From assembly GCA_043228905.1 (NCBI GenBank), contig JBHGNT010000004.1, positions 17,298,001-17,362,000 on the forward strand: 64,000 nucleotides of DNA, written 5' to 3'. Origin of the DNA: Azolla caroliniana (lineage: Eukaryota > Plantae > Polypodiophyta). Positions within the stretch are counted from its first letter, which is position 1. The number at the start of each line of letters is the position of its first letter. A program made the position numbers and the translations under genes. The notes under the pieces were generated by a model, which did not search any database, was not told the origin of the DNA, and saw nothing but the letters and a program-made list of their open reading frames with translations. Below are positions 22,955 through 35,779 of the stretch, one piece after another.

Positions 22955-23690
22955 GCTATGATACCATGTAAGGGGCAAAGAAGCAATAACCCTCAAGAAG
23001 GAGATAGGGAGAAAGAGAGATAGACAGAGATGGAGAGACAATGTTGTAAAAAAAGAACTCTATGTTTCATTATGCTAGTGAGAACACTTTATATAGAAAT
23101 TTACAGAGTATTTAAATGTGTAAGTTACAAAATAAGTTCTAACTGATTAACAATTGGCAATAGTTCGGTTTGAACTGAACCGAACCGCGAAACCGCGATT
23201 TAACGACTTAATGGTTTTAATGGTTCGGTTTCAATAGTCAAAACCCGCTGTTTAAACGGTTTAACGGTTTTTTATTTTAAAAAAATTTTAAAAATTTTCT
23301 AAAAGTTGTTTTAAACAATCTTTTCATTTTTAGACCTTATTCTCACATTTTAGGAACATCTTAAAATTTGTAAAAAAATTTAAAAATGAAATATTATAAA
23401 TTTTAAACAATTAAAAATTTGCCCTATGTTGAAAAACCGAAACCGAACCATGAAACCATGTTTTTTACGGTTTAATGGTTTAACAGTTTGAAAATGTTTA
23501 ACGGTTTCGTGGTTCGGTTCGGTTTGGTTTAGGTTTAAAAAAATTGAAACGGTTCCGTTCCAAACTGGTTCGGTTTGGATCCTCCCGAACCAAACCGTTG
23601 CCGATTGTTATAACTGATGTAATGGTTGTAATTGATGTAATAATTTAATATCTGTAACGTCTCCTATAGATATTAACATATATCCTAACA
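22955..23690 (-). mobile_element. Copia LTR (22967-23690) + iMet PBS remnant, containing a MITE
   Basis: Minus strand TGTTAGG...CTTACA followed by TGGTATCATAGC. Confidence 0.6.
23148..23610. mobile_element. hAT-family MITE (463 bp)
   Basis: TIRs TAACAATTGGCAA / TTGCCGATTGTTA; perfect 8-bp TSD TAACTGAT (23140-23147 / 23611-23618); many subterminal AACCG/CGGTT motifs. Confidence 0.88.
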
Positions 23691-24378
23691 ATTGGAAGCC
23701 TCTTGTGGTGAGCTTTTTAATAAAAGTTTACTTTGACCCAATTTCCATATCAAATGAAGAAGTTATTAGGTGGTTCTTCGATCTACATCTTCTTACACTT
23801 TTTATTTGCCTTTTTAAAAAATTCCTTTATATTGTGGTGTGCATGTGTTCCTTTGTGCCACCCTTTTAGCTCACCCTTTTTTAGGATGCACGTACTGAAG
23901 TTGACCCACCCTTTTAGCACACCCCTTTTTAGGATGCGTTTGCTAGTATTCATGCATTTGAATTTCTTGAATCCTCAATATTGACCTTTACTAATTGATT
24001 ATTACAGTTGCTTCTAACTAATCCTGGGTCAATTTATTTTGCCAATGTGTGTACTTATTTATTTGCATGTAAATGTATACATCTGGTGTTAGAATGTCTA
24101 TGTTTGAGTTCACGCATATATCATTATCTGTACAAAAGGGGGGGCATGCACTCATGAAAATGTTGATAATTTGGTACAAGCAACGACATTTGAAATTGTT
24201 GATTGGTGCAGACAACGACTTTGAAGCGCAACAATAGCTGCCAACTATGATTCTGGGTCAACGTTTGATGAAACGTCCCAATTATTGGATAGGCTTCTAC
24301 AATATTATTTTTCCAAAGCTTCCATAACATGTTATATATATTACTCCTTCCAAGAGTTGCCAAAACTAGTGTGAGATA

Positions 24379-26987
24379 ATGAGGCTGATGAACTTAGCTG
24401 TTGTTGCAGTGCTCTTATGTGTAGTGGGGGTGGTGCTAGTATTAGCCAAGCAACCCCAAAACCCAGTCCAATGCTCTAATGGATCTCACAACTGCACCAT
24501 CAAGAACACATTCGGCACATGGGCCGACCGGCAGGAATGTGTGGCCTCGTCCGCAGCCTTCCCGACCACGGAGCCTGCCCTCATGGCTGCCGTGGCCCGA
24601 GCCGTCCGTCTCAACCAAAAGGTCAAAGTCATCTCCCCTTGGGCACATAGCATCCCGAAGCTCGCTTGCCCCGATGGTCGTGATGGCCTCATCATCAGCA
24701 CAAGCCTCTACAACCGCCGCATTGTGGTCGACAAGTCGAGAAAGACTGTTGAAGTCGATGCGGGGGTCTACCTCCGGCAGCTTGTGGACGCGGTAGCTGA
24801 GCATGGCCTAGCTCTTCCGTACATGCCTTACTGGGGCGGGGTGAGCATTGGGGGCCTTATTAGTACGGGTGCGCACGGTAGCTCGCTCTTTCAGAAGGGC
24901 GGGGCCGTACATGAGTATGTTGTCAGCTTGCGCCTTGTCATTCCCGCCACCGAAGCCCAGGGCTATGCACGCGTCGTGGTGCTCGATGAGTCCCGGCCTG
25001 AAGAATTTAACGCTGCAAAAGTCGGTCTGGGAGTGCTAGGGGCTATATCCACTGTGAGCTAAACTTCTTTCTTTCTCTCTCTCTCTCTCTCTCTCTCATG
25101 CAAACACATAAAAGAGCAATCATCAAGAAAAAATAGCACATAAATCAGAACTAAGACAAAGCATACTAGTACAATTGAGATGGGTAATTGGAGATGATGA
25201 ACATGATTGATCTTGCATTCTAGATTGTTATCTTTAATTCTTTTCTACCCACAAGGTGACGAGTATTTCCTTCATAGACATTGAGATAATGACTTTATTT
25301 GATTCCATACCTCAAAAATTGCCTCCTTATGGACTATTTAAAATCTATTTTATTCATATATTAGGAGAAATTAACATTGATTATGTTATTGAATTCACAA
25401 ATTCTGGCCAGGAGCTTTAATTACAACTGCTGATAATATTCCCGACTGACTCATATATATTAAACGATGCGATAGCCTATTCAATACACTCTCAGTAAAA
25501 CACAAAGGACAGAGGATATTAAATTTTATATTACGCTAAAAAATCATTTCAATGGTTTTTGTTCCATTTTTTTATGACATTATAGGTTACTTTGCAATTG
25601 GAGCCAATGTTCAAACATTTGATTTCGAGAGAGAAGGAATCGGACGCCAATGTGGAAGAGAGGATTATGGAATTTGGATTAACACATGAATTTGGTGATC
25701 TAACATGGTATCCCTCACAAAACAGTGTTGTTTACAAGAGGGATTCTCGAGTGCCCATTGAAACAGAAGGGGATGGAGTGAATGATTTTATTGGGTTTGT
25801 GCCAGTTGATCCAATTGCTGCAGAGGCTAATCGTGCACTTGGTAATGATAACCGTATAGGAGTTAAATGTTTTGATGTAATTACAATAGATTACCAAAGT
25901 ATAGTCAGATTATACATTAAGCTTAGATTGAATGACAACCTAGTAAACAACAAACGTTCTACAATCATATGTCGTTTAATACATATATTAAGTTGATAAA
26001 AATTTGATTATACCCTTGTTCCCAAAAGTAGAGTATATTCCATACTATCAGGATCCCTACCAATATAGACTTTGCATAGTACAATTTTAGAAGTAAAGCT
26101 TCTCTAGTGGATTAATATATGCCATCAGTCAGTTTTGGTAGACACTACTAAAACATGATCAAACTAATAATGCAGAGACTTCTTTGGTCGAGACGGGAAA
26201 TGACAAAGGGATGTGTATCGTGTCAAAGCTACAAGTGTCGTTGTTTTCAGCGATAGGTTACGGTCTCAAGAACAACGGTATTTTGTTCACGGGGTATCCA
26301 GTCATCGGCCTCCACAACCGCCTAATAACTTCCAGCCAATGCCTCGAAACACCCGAGAATGATGTCCGTGTTTGCGGGTGGGACAACCGCATCGGCGGCC
26401 TATTCTTCCACGACACATCTGTTGCGATCGACATCCACAAGCTCCCTCACTTCATCCGCGATGTCAAATCCCTACGCGACCTCCACCCTTCCTTCTTCTG
26501 CAATGCAGACCTCTATACCGGCCTCCTTATGCGTTTCATCAAGAACTCGACCGCCTTCCTGGGCGGACAACACGATGCCGTTACCATCGACATTACGTAT
26601 TACCGCTCCCGTGACCCTTTAAACCCACGCCTTCACGAAGACATTTGGGAGGAAATCGAACAGATGGCAATCTTCAAATATGGAGGCCGCCCTCACTGGG
26701 GCAAGAACCGGCCAGTCGCCTTCATCGGCGTCGCTAGCAAGTATCCCAACATTGGTCGTTTCGTTGCCATCAAGAATCGCTTCGACCCAGGTGGTCTCTT
26801 CTCGAGTGCGTGGTCCGATGCGATGCTTGGCCTCGTGCCACTCGCACTCTCCCAATCTGATGGTTGTGCTCTTGATGGTCTCTGCATTTGCTCCAAAGAT
26901 GCACATTGTGCGCCTCAACGTGGCTATTTTTGTCAACCTGGTCGAATCTTTCGAGACGCTAGAGTGTGCCGAAAATTTCAATTATGA
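24379..26987 (+). CDS. GULLO: L-gulonolactone oxidase-like / aldonolactone oxidase FAD-binding protein, 580 aa; exons 24379-25053, 25586-25841, 26176-26987
   Basis: N-terminal signal peptide; FAD-binding motifs AHSIPK and STGAHGSS; LGVLGAIST|VTLQLEPMFK joined across a GT-AG intron; C-terminal RPHWGKN; Cys-rich tail. Spliced length 1743 nt is in frame. Confidence 0.92.
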
Positions 26988-27049
26988 TGATGAACAAACT
27001 TCAAATCTGCCATAGTGATTGAAATCACAAATGTCAAAAACATTGTCTA

Positions 27050-27260
27050 TTAATAAAGAATTATTATAATATTTATGTGTTTTGCTTGATCCTATAGAAT
27101 TCTATATAAATAAAGAATTATTAATGTTTATTTTAATATTCATGTGGTACTTGATCCATTAACATTGTATATTAATAAAGAATTATTCATGTTTATTATA
27201 ATATTGATGTCTTGCTTGATCCAATAACATTGTATATTAATAAAGAAATAATTCAGATGT
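27050..27260. repeat. AT-rich ~65-bp tandem repeat downstream of the gene (dispersed copy ~29445-29535)
   Basis: CTTGATCC anchors at 27085, 27150 and 27215. Confidence 0.65.
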
Positions 27261-28363
27261 TGTACAAATAGTAAACACCATGTGCCAAAACTCCCATTGA
27301 ACATCCAATTATGGTATTCCCATTTATTGGTTATTGAGTAGTCAAGATTTATTATCATACCATTATGAAATTACACTTTTCAATGTGTATTAAAGCACAC
27401 TTTATTTATTTGTTTTGTTTATTTTATTAAAGTACACTTCATACTATAATATTAGATGCACTCCACAATATTGTACACTAATAAAGAAATAATTCATATG
27501 GTTTATAAATAGTAAGCATCATGTGGAAAAAGTGGTATGACATCCAATCATGCCTTTGCATCACATAAACTGGATTATGATTTTCCCATTTATTGGTTGT
27601 AAAGTAGTCAAGATTTACTATTATATGGTATGAAATTATAGTTTTGAAAGTGTATTACAATTTCTCTAATCATGACTAGAGGTCTTATAATTCTATGAAT
27701 AAAGATCCTAACAAGGTATGTATAAATGAAGTTCCTCTCTCATAGTGGTTCCTAAATGTTTTTTCTCACCAAACATTTAATTTAATTGCATGATTAAGGA
27801 TATAATTGTTATCTTCCTTTCAGAACAAAATACAAATTTCCTATCTGAAAGCTTAGGCGGAGAAAATAAAAGATAAGTTAAGGATGATATAATATTGAAA
27901 TTACATAATGATACCAGAGAAGGGAAGTTTTTTTAACAAATAAAAGCTCAATGCCTAAGGGATTAATGTCTCATGAGTCCTACAAATAAGATTTTGGGAT
28001 CGCAATGAATACATATGCATTGACAATAAGCATTTTCATAACTAAGCTACTTAACAAATCAAATATTGTACTCATTATGAAAAGTGCGGATTGAAGGTTA
28101 GGAAAAATTTGTAGAAATCTGCAATTATATACATATGAAAGTAGTGGCTAGAGAATGCACAATTGGGGAAAATTACTCCTTTTATTCAATGTATCACATA
28201 GCCAAATGACTTATTTATAGAAGTGAGTAATCAAAAGTAACAATTCTTCAATGAACAGTTTCCTAGCTTAGATGAAGAGTTTTCTAATAAATAACTATTC
28301 ACAATTAATTACTTGTTTTTACTTCATTAATTATAGTAAATGTAATATTTTGGCTTAAATAAT

Positions 28364-29443
28364 CCCCACCCCCCCCCCCCCCCTTCCCCCCCTAAAGAAA
28401 AATATTCTTTACCAATCTTTCGACAATAAGAAATATGTTTTGTTTGTTGTACTGGCTTTCTCAAAAAATCGGCCCACACAAGTGTCGTAGGTGCACACCA
28501 CCTCTAGCTTCTTTTCTTGGATTAGGTGTCGTAGAAAATGATGCTTGAAGACATGTGTCAAATGTTATCACTCATTTTCAGATTACAAGCTCGACAACAA
28601 GAAATATGTTTTGTTTGTTGTACTGGCTTTCTCAAAAAATCGGCCCACGCAAGTGTTGTAGGTGCACACCACCTCTAGCTTCTTTTCTTGGATTAGTTGT
28701 CATAGAAAATGATGCTTGAAGAAATGTTTCAAATGTTATCACTCATTTTCAGATTACAAGCTCGACAACAAGAAATATGTTTTGTTTGTTGTACTGGCTT
28801 TCTCAAAAAATTGGCCCACGCAAGTGTTGTAGGTGCACACCACCTCTAGCTTCTTTTCTTGGATTAGGTGTCGTAGAAAATGATGCTTGAAGACACGTGT
28901 CAAATGTTATCACTCATTTTCAGATTACAAGCTCGACAACAAGAAATATGTTTTGTTTGTTGTACTGGCTTTCTCAAAAAATTGGCCCACGCAAGTGTTG
29001 TAGGTGCACACCACCTCTAGCTTCTTTTCTTGGATTAGGTGTCGTAGAAAATGATGCTTGAAGACACGTGTCAAATGTTATCACTCATTTTCAGATTACA
29101 AGCTCGACAACAAGAAATATGTTTTGTTTGTTGTACTGGCTTTCTCAAAAAATCGGCCCACGCAAGTGTTGTAGGTGCACACCACCTCTAGCTTCTTTTC
29201 TTGGATTAGGTGTCGTAGAAAATGATGCTTGAAGACACGTGTCAAATGTTATCACTCATTTTCAGATTACAAGCTAGCTTTATACATGATTGATTATCAC
29301 TGACAATGAAGGGTTAGGTTTGAAATTTTGAAGAAGTTGAGTTCTTCAAGTCTGGAATGAATCCATATTCCTTCTTTAGTAGCAATTGCGGTAGCGACAT
29401 CTTTCACTTTGGTTGAGGATAACGCGACTGTTATTTGCTTCTT
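28364..29443 (-). mobile_element. Copia RNase H + PPT remnant
   Basis: Minus strand KKQITVALSSTK...SDNQSCIKLACN...HFLRHLIQEKK...ADFLRKP, followed by a G-rich PPT. Confidence 0.75.
28421..29275. repeat. 5 x 171-bp tandem array
   Basis: Units start at 28421, 28592, 28763, 28934 and 29105, and are nearly identical. Confidence 0.97.
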
Positions 29444-31788
29444 TAATATTTATGTATGTTGCTTGATCCAATAGAATTCTATATTAACAAAGAATTACGA
29501 ATGTTTATTATAATACTCATGTGTTACTTGATCCTTTCAGTGTTGAACACATTTGCGTTCACAAGTGGAAGGATTGCGCATTCCACTTGTAGAATCTTCT
29601 TGAAACTATCCAAATATACCCTCTCTACAAAAATTGGATGCACTAGTATCACATGTTCCACAACATGATTAGAATTTGCAAATATAAAAATACATGATAG
29701 GTCTATGAGTGGAGATCATTAGAAATCATGCAAGTTTGGACGTGTTGATAAGTTAATGTAGGCATAATAAAGTTCAACAATGGCTCAATATGTCACTAAT
29801 GTGCGACATGGGAAACACTAAGTTAAAGACTTATATTAATTTGGTAAGTGTTACAAAAATATGAGGTGTACTTGTAACCATACTAATAAAATGAGTTATA
29901 ATTTATACTTTAACCCATACTTGCATGTATATAAGTGTGGACAATGTAGGATAATGCACTTTAGGATAATGTGATTGGAATAACTAACTTATTAAAGTAT
30001 TTAATACTTGTATTTACAGTTGATCTAATCTATTCCTTAGTTTGTTTCTATGGGATCAAACCATATGTATATAATTGTGGACAATGCAAGATAGTGAACT
30101 TTAGGATAATGTGTATGGGATGCATCATAGTATTTCTTCTGTCGTTCTACCATGTGCAAATGATGTTGGAGCGCACGTCGAAGCAACGGTTGATGGAGTT
30201 GGAGATGAAGCAACCATTCACCTCTATCGTTCTTTTGGGGTTGCATTTTGATGTTATGGATATCTTGTGGGAGACATGGGTCACAGTCGTATAGAGCTTG
30301 AAAAGGGCTAATCTGGGTGGACGTCTGGACCGAGGTGTTGTATGCGTGAACAATGAAGGGCAAAATCTGATCCCACGATTGATGCAGATGACATGTTTGA
30401 TTGTTTTATTCATGCGTTCTGTCAAACCATTTGTTTGTGGATGGTAGGGCGATGTCAACACCTTCTTAATTCCCAAACTATGGCTGAGCACTTGAAGAAC
30501 CTTACTGCGAAATTGTGATCCCTGATCAGATAAAAGTTGTTCAGGGCATCCATGTGGGAAGATTACTTTATGGAGCAATGCTTGAGCCACGTAGTTGGTT
30601 GTGCCATTAGGTAATGCGATTGCTTCGCACCAATGTGTGAGATACTTTGTCATGACCAAAATATATTTATTACCCTTTATTGAAGTTGGACAGGAACCCA
30701 TTAGATCCCAGCCAAGTAGTTCAAAGGGTTCCTTGACCTTGATAGGCTGTATATTGCTAGATGCTTATTGTGGTGCTTTCATCGATTGGCATGTTGGGCA
30801 TTCTTGTAGGAATTAAGAAATTGCACGGTGAAGTTTGGGCCAATAGAATAGAGATCTGATACAATGTAGAAATTTATGGAAACCAAAGTGTCCGACTAGT
30901 TGGTTGCTGTGATAAAAATCCAAATATGTTGAGCGCAATGCGTACGAGATGTAAAGGCATGGGGGTTGTCCTTGACTAACGAAGTGTAATATGTTATTGA
31001 TGATGATGAAGTTACAATTGACGTGTTGATCCCGTCCACTTTGAAGACACAGGATAATGTCTCTAATTAGCGGGTCTTGATGTTGAAGCTTGGATACTTG
31101 GTGTGGATGAATTGGTGGCTCAGTCTACACATTGATCTGGGTTGTCTGATGCTCTATGCGAGATAGTGAATTGGCTACTGTATTAGTAATGCCACGTCTG
31201 TAGGTCATGGTGAATCTGTACTCTTGTAATGCCAACGCCCAACGCAATAGACGACACGGTGGATGGCTCTTGTGTATTAATGAGACTAAAGGTTGATGGT
31301 TCATTTCTACCTGAATTGTGGTTCCATGCAAATATAGGTGAAATTTTTGGAAGGCCCAAACCACTGCCAAGAATTCCTTTTCAGTAGTTGAGTAATTCAA
31401 CTCGGCCTTTATGAGGGCACTACTAATGTAGGCGATAGATCGCTACTCATCTAAGTGATCTTACTGCAACAAAACAACACCAATTCCTGTATTTGATGCG
31501 TCCGTTTGTAGGCAGAATGTCTTGCCAAAGTTTGGAAATGCTAATTGGGCCGCTTCTTGAATGATTCGTTTGATTGGTTGAAAACTCTCTGCACATGCCG
31601 TGGATCAAGAGAATGGTGTCTCCTTTAGTAAGAGGTGCAACGGTTGTGTGATGGTTACGAGTTGTGGGACAAACCTGAGAGAGAAGTTGACAAGACCTAA
31701 GAAGCTTTGGAGTGACTTGACATTCGCCGTTTGTAGATAATCGGTGATTGCCTTGATCTTTGCCGGGTCCATGTTGATTCCTGTGGCT

Positions 31789-34700
31789 CATGGTTGTAAC
31801 ATACGTAGCATACCGTACGCGTACAATACGTACGTTATGTATTTTATAAGTATTCTAAAATATTTTTATAAGTTCTTAGAATACGTATTTAAAGGTAAAA
31901 TACGTTGAGTACGTTGAGTACGTTAAATATGTTTTGAATACGTTGAATACTTTAACACCATTGATGTTGAATGCAAAGATACTGGGATTTGAATAGTATT
32001 TACTATATAGTAAATACAAATTATCTTTATTTCCCATGGATAACACATGGTTATCTATGTTTCAATACATGTGGTATACATATTTTAAAATGAAAGTGGA
32101 GATTCAAGAATCAAGAACATAATTGAAGTTTGAATCAAAACACATATTATTTCAATCCTCATAGAAAATGAATAAAGTAATAAAAAAACTATTAAAATTT
32201 AAAACTTTCTTCATACTCATAGTTATTGGTTCTTAAATTCAAATAAATATGTAAAAACCAACAATCCATGCAATAGTGCTAGAACTTGATCCCACCAATC
32301 CTTCATCCACTATCATATTGGCAAACTTAGATTTACTTCGAGTAACCCCACCAATATGCATAGCCTCTGCTTCCTCAAAATATGCTTGTGCGACTTGAGT
32401 ATCAATATTGGTTGTTGATGGAGGCATTTCAGAGGTCTTGTCAATGTCTATCTCATCAGGATTTTACCTAAATCAAATAATATTTACGAATTAACAAGGT
32501 TCGTTAATTAACCTACAAATGATTTTCTAAACATCAACTTTCAAGTGTCAAACATGAGTAAGAAAGATGTAGACCTGCATGAGTTTGAAAGCTTCGAACA
32601 AGCGTTAAGTTTTCTCTAACATATACTAATCTCTCCACTTGTTTCACCTTCAAACGATTCCTCCTTTTTGTATGTGCCAATGCATATGCATTCCAATTTC
32701 TTTCAGCAACTCCAGAAGAGCAATCCTATGTCATTGTAGAAGATTAATAAAATTGAAACATTAATAAAAAAATGAGTTATAATACCTGAGACTCTACAAG
32801 CTAATGACACATAGTTGCTGAAATTTTTTCGTGCATTCCTTTTCTTGGTGAATAGTCTAACCACATAATTTGCTCTCTTGTGGACTCCACGAACCCAAGA
32901 CAACTTCCCAATATCCTCTAGCAATAAATCTAAACAATGTGATGCACAAGGAGTCCATACAAGGCTTGGGAATTTAGTCTCTAGAATGTGACCCATGCTA
33001 ACACAATTAGATGCATTGTCAATGACAATTTGCACCACATTTTCTACTTTTACTTCATTTATTGCAGTTGATAGCATTTCAGCCAACCACGGACCGTCGA
33101 CCCTTGTTGAAACGCCACTACAATCAATAGTTTTAAGGTACATAGTGCCATAACAACATGAGACCAAAATATTCACAAGTGCTCGCTTGCTAGTGTCAAT
33201 CCATCCATCTGAAAGTATGGTAACTCCATATTTTGGCCAAAGGGTTTTCACATTTTCCACTTTGTGTTGCACTTTCAAATGCTCTTTCTTTAAATATTTA
33301 GCTCTTAAATCATTGTAGGTAATACCACTATACTTTTCCCTAATATCAGAGAAAGCTAACAACATGTTCCTCCAACATGACATTTTCAAAAGATTAAAAG
33401 ATAGATTACCTTCCACAATGCATCTAACCAACATTGTGTTTGCATGGTCTTTCTTGATCAACATAGCAGCATTTGATCCTCTCCTTATCGTGCTTTGAGT
33501 GAGACCTTTTCTTCTTGAACCTTCTGTATCTTCAATATCAATAGGAATTTGGTCTATTGAATCCTTCTTAGATGAGGCACTTATGCTAGCCATTGAAGGT
33601 TGTGATTGGAACATTGAATCAACCATTGAATCCACAATGCCTTCTTGAAGCTCAATTTGTTGTTCCATGGATTCCACTTCTTTAATGCGTTTTAGCTTCT
33701 TGCGAGTCAATTCACTTTCTTGTGCTACTACCATAGCCTCTTGATATGCCTCTAGAGTTACTTGCACACACTTGTCTATACCTTCACCTTTAATTCCAAC
33801 AAGGTGAGCAACTAAACGTGTTAGTGTCCGAGACCCATGAAAACCACATAATCTACAATGCCAATAATAGTTCCCAGATGACTTCCCAGCTTGTCTGTTC
33901 ACACAATATTTATCCCATAAGGGGGATTCCTTGCGCGGCATAGTTGATTGAGTATGACAAGTTTTAGAGATTCGAAGTTGTCTTTTATATTTTCCTAGAT
34001 TCATGAATTCACAATGTTAAATATGTGAATAAGGAAATCATGTGATGTAAAAATGTAGGAAGAGATTGTTTGAATGATAAGCATAACCAAATGACAAATC
34101 TGAATGGAAGCTAGTTACCTAAGCAAATGGCATTCCATCCCTATTAAGAGGAAAAAATTATTATTCATTAGAAATGAATTATAAAGAGCATCATATGGAA
34201 CTTTTACCTATGATATAGACGTGCTCTTGAATGAAGAGATTATTCTTTGATAAGCCACCACAAGCTATCAATGTCTCTATCTGCCACCAACATTGTTATA
34301 TTAAAGAAGGGATAGACACACATATAACCAAACCATACATGTAACATGTTGAACTATACAATAGTCTATTTATGCATATAAATTAATGGAATTTGTGTTT
34401 TGATGAATTCAATAGGAAAAACTCCAAACAATCTTGGATGGCATCGTGGCGGTGATTTAACATCTCTACCGAATCACCGATAATTAGCTTTTATCAAATT
34501 AATAATCATTGAAGAATGCTTGAGAAGAGAGTAAGAGTGTGGTATATAGAACACATTACATCGATTGACCATAAAGCTTATCATCCCCCATAAAGCTTAT
34601 TCTTCGATGAAACAAAGAAGACTAAAGTAGGGAGAACTAAGAAACTACTTATGGCTCCAAGTTTTGCAATATTTCAACAAAAAACGAGTGTAGGGAGAAA

Positions 34701-35779
34701 TAAAGAAGCAATTTTCTACAATAACTCCTTTCCATAGATTGAGGAGAAGGAAGAAGTAATCTATCCAATGATTAAAGAATTTTATTTAGGCTTTCGAACC
34801 GAATAATTGTGACTAAATGAGGGAGAAAGAAGAGATTATTTCTTCCTAATTTAGTCCAATTTACTGCTTAATCATACAAGATCAATGGAAAGAAAGGAAA
34901 TTCCTCCTTACTTACATCTAAGTTTAGATTCAAGCAATTTCTCCTCAATTATGAATGATCAACAGAACTTGAAGCATTTTGACAGGAAAAAATTCATTAA
35001 ATTAGGGAGAGGAATCCCTAATTAAGCCCATCCAACATGCATGCCTTCCAAAGAAATAACATTTTCAAGAACATCAAAAACTAAAACGGGTGAATAAAGA
35101 GATAATTTCCTACAATATATATCCAAATTGCAGGTAATGAATTGAAGATTCATGGAGTCACATAAGATAATTAGTAGACGGATGACTCTTCAAAATTTTC
35201 ATTACATGTAGGGAGAAGGAAAAAAGCAATTTTTCTCCTAAATAAGTTCACTTTTAGATCAAAATCGATAGATAGAGGTCTTTCAACACACTAAATAGAA
35301 GTTCCAATAAGAACAATCAAGCAGAAATATATCCCTCAATCAATAGGAATTGATCTCTCTTGAGTTAACCGCAAACTAGGAGGTTATTAAATTTCAAGAA
35401 TTTTTTAAGAAGAAAGAAGGAAATCAACGAAGGAGAATATACCTTGTAATATGTACGTTGAGCTCTTAAAAGGGAAGAAAGGGAGGAGGAAGAAGAAGGG
35501 ATTCTTAGCTTCATAGTTTGGATTTCGTTTAAGAAGCTTCCATGTACCTGTGTAAAAACCTAGTGTCTACAAAATGCAAACACTGTAACACTCGTTACAA
35601 AAACCCCCAAATTGTTTTTTTTCATTATTAAAAAAAGCCCTAGAAAATTAATTTTTAAATTATTTACAAATTTAGGCTGACAAAAAATGGCAATTCCAAA
35701 AGGTAGAATACGTTTAGAATACATGTGGGTATTCTAAAACGTACTCTATTTATAAAATACGCGTTTTTTAACAACAATG
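31789..35779 (-). mobile_element. hAT DNA transposon (3991 bp), internally deleted
   Basis: Imperfect TIRs CATGGTTGT / ACAACAATG; 8-bp TSD CTGTGGCT / TTGTGGCT; subterminal TACG repeats; splits the Gypsy RT. Confidence 0.88.
32595..33941 (-). pseudogene. hAT transposase (BED finger + DUF659-type domain + dimerisation remnant)
   Basis: WHCRLC...LVAHL; LSDGW, DNASNC and PCASHCLDLLLEDIG; after a probable intron, ERNWNAYALAHTKRRNRL. The central region is missing. Confidence 0.82.

Noticed and set aside
25842-25996. Continuation of the ORF beyond GULLO exon 2
   Set aside because: Intron read-through; splicing from GT at 25842 to AG at 26175 restores the conserved frame.
28421-29275. Coding repeat protein (171 bp = 57 codons) or CRISPR array
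   Set aside because: Each unit carries stop and frameshift lesions, and there are no spacers.
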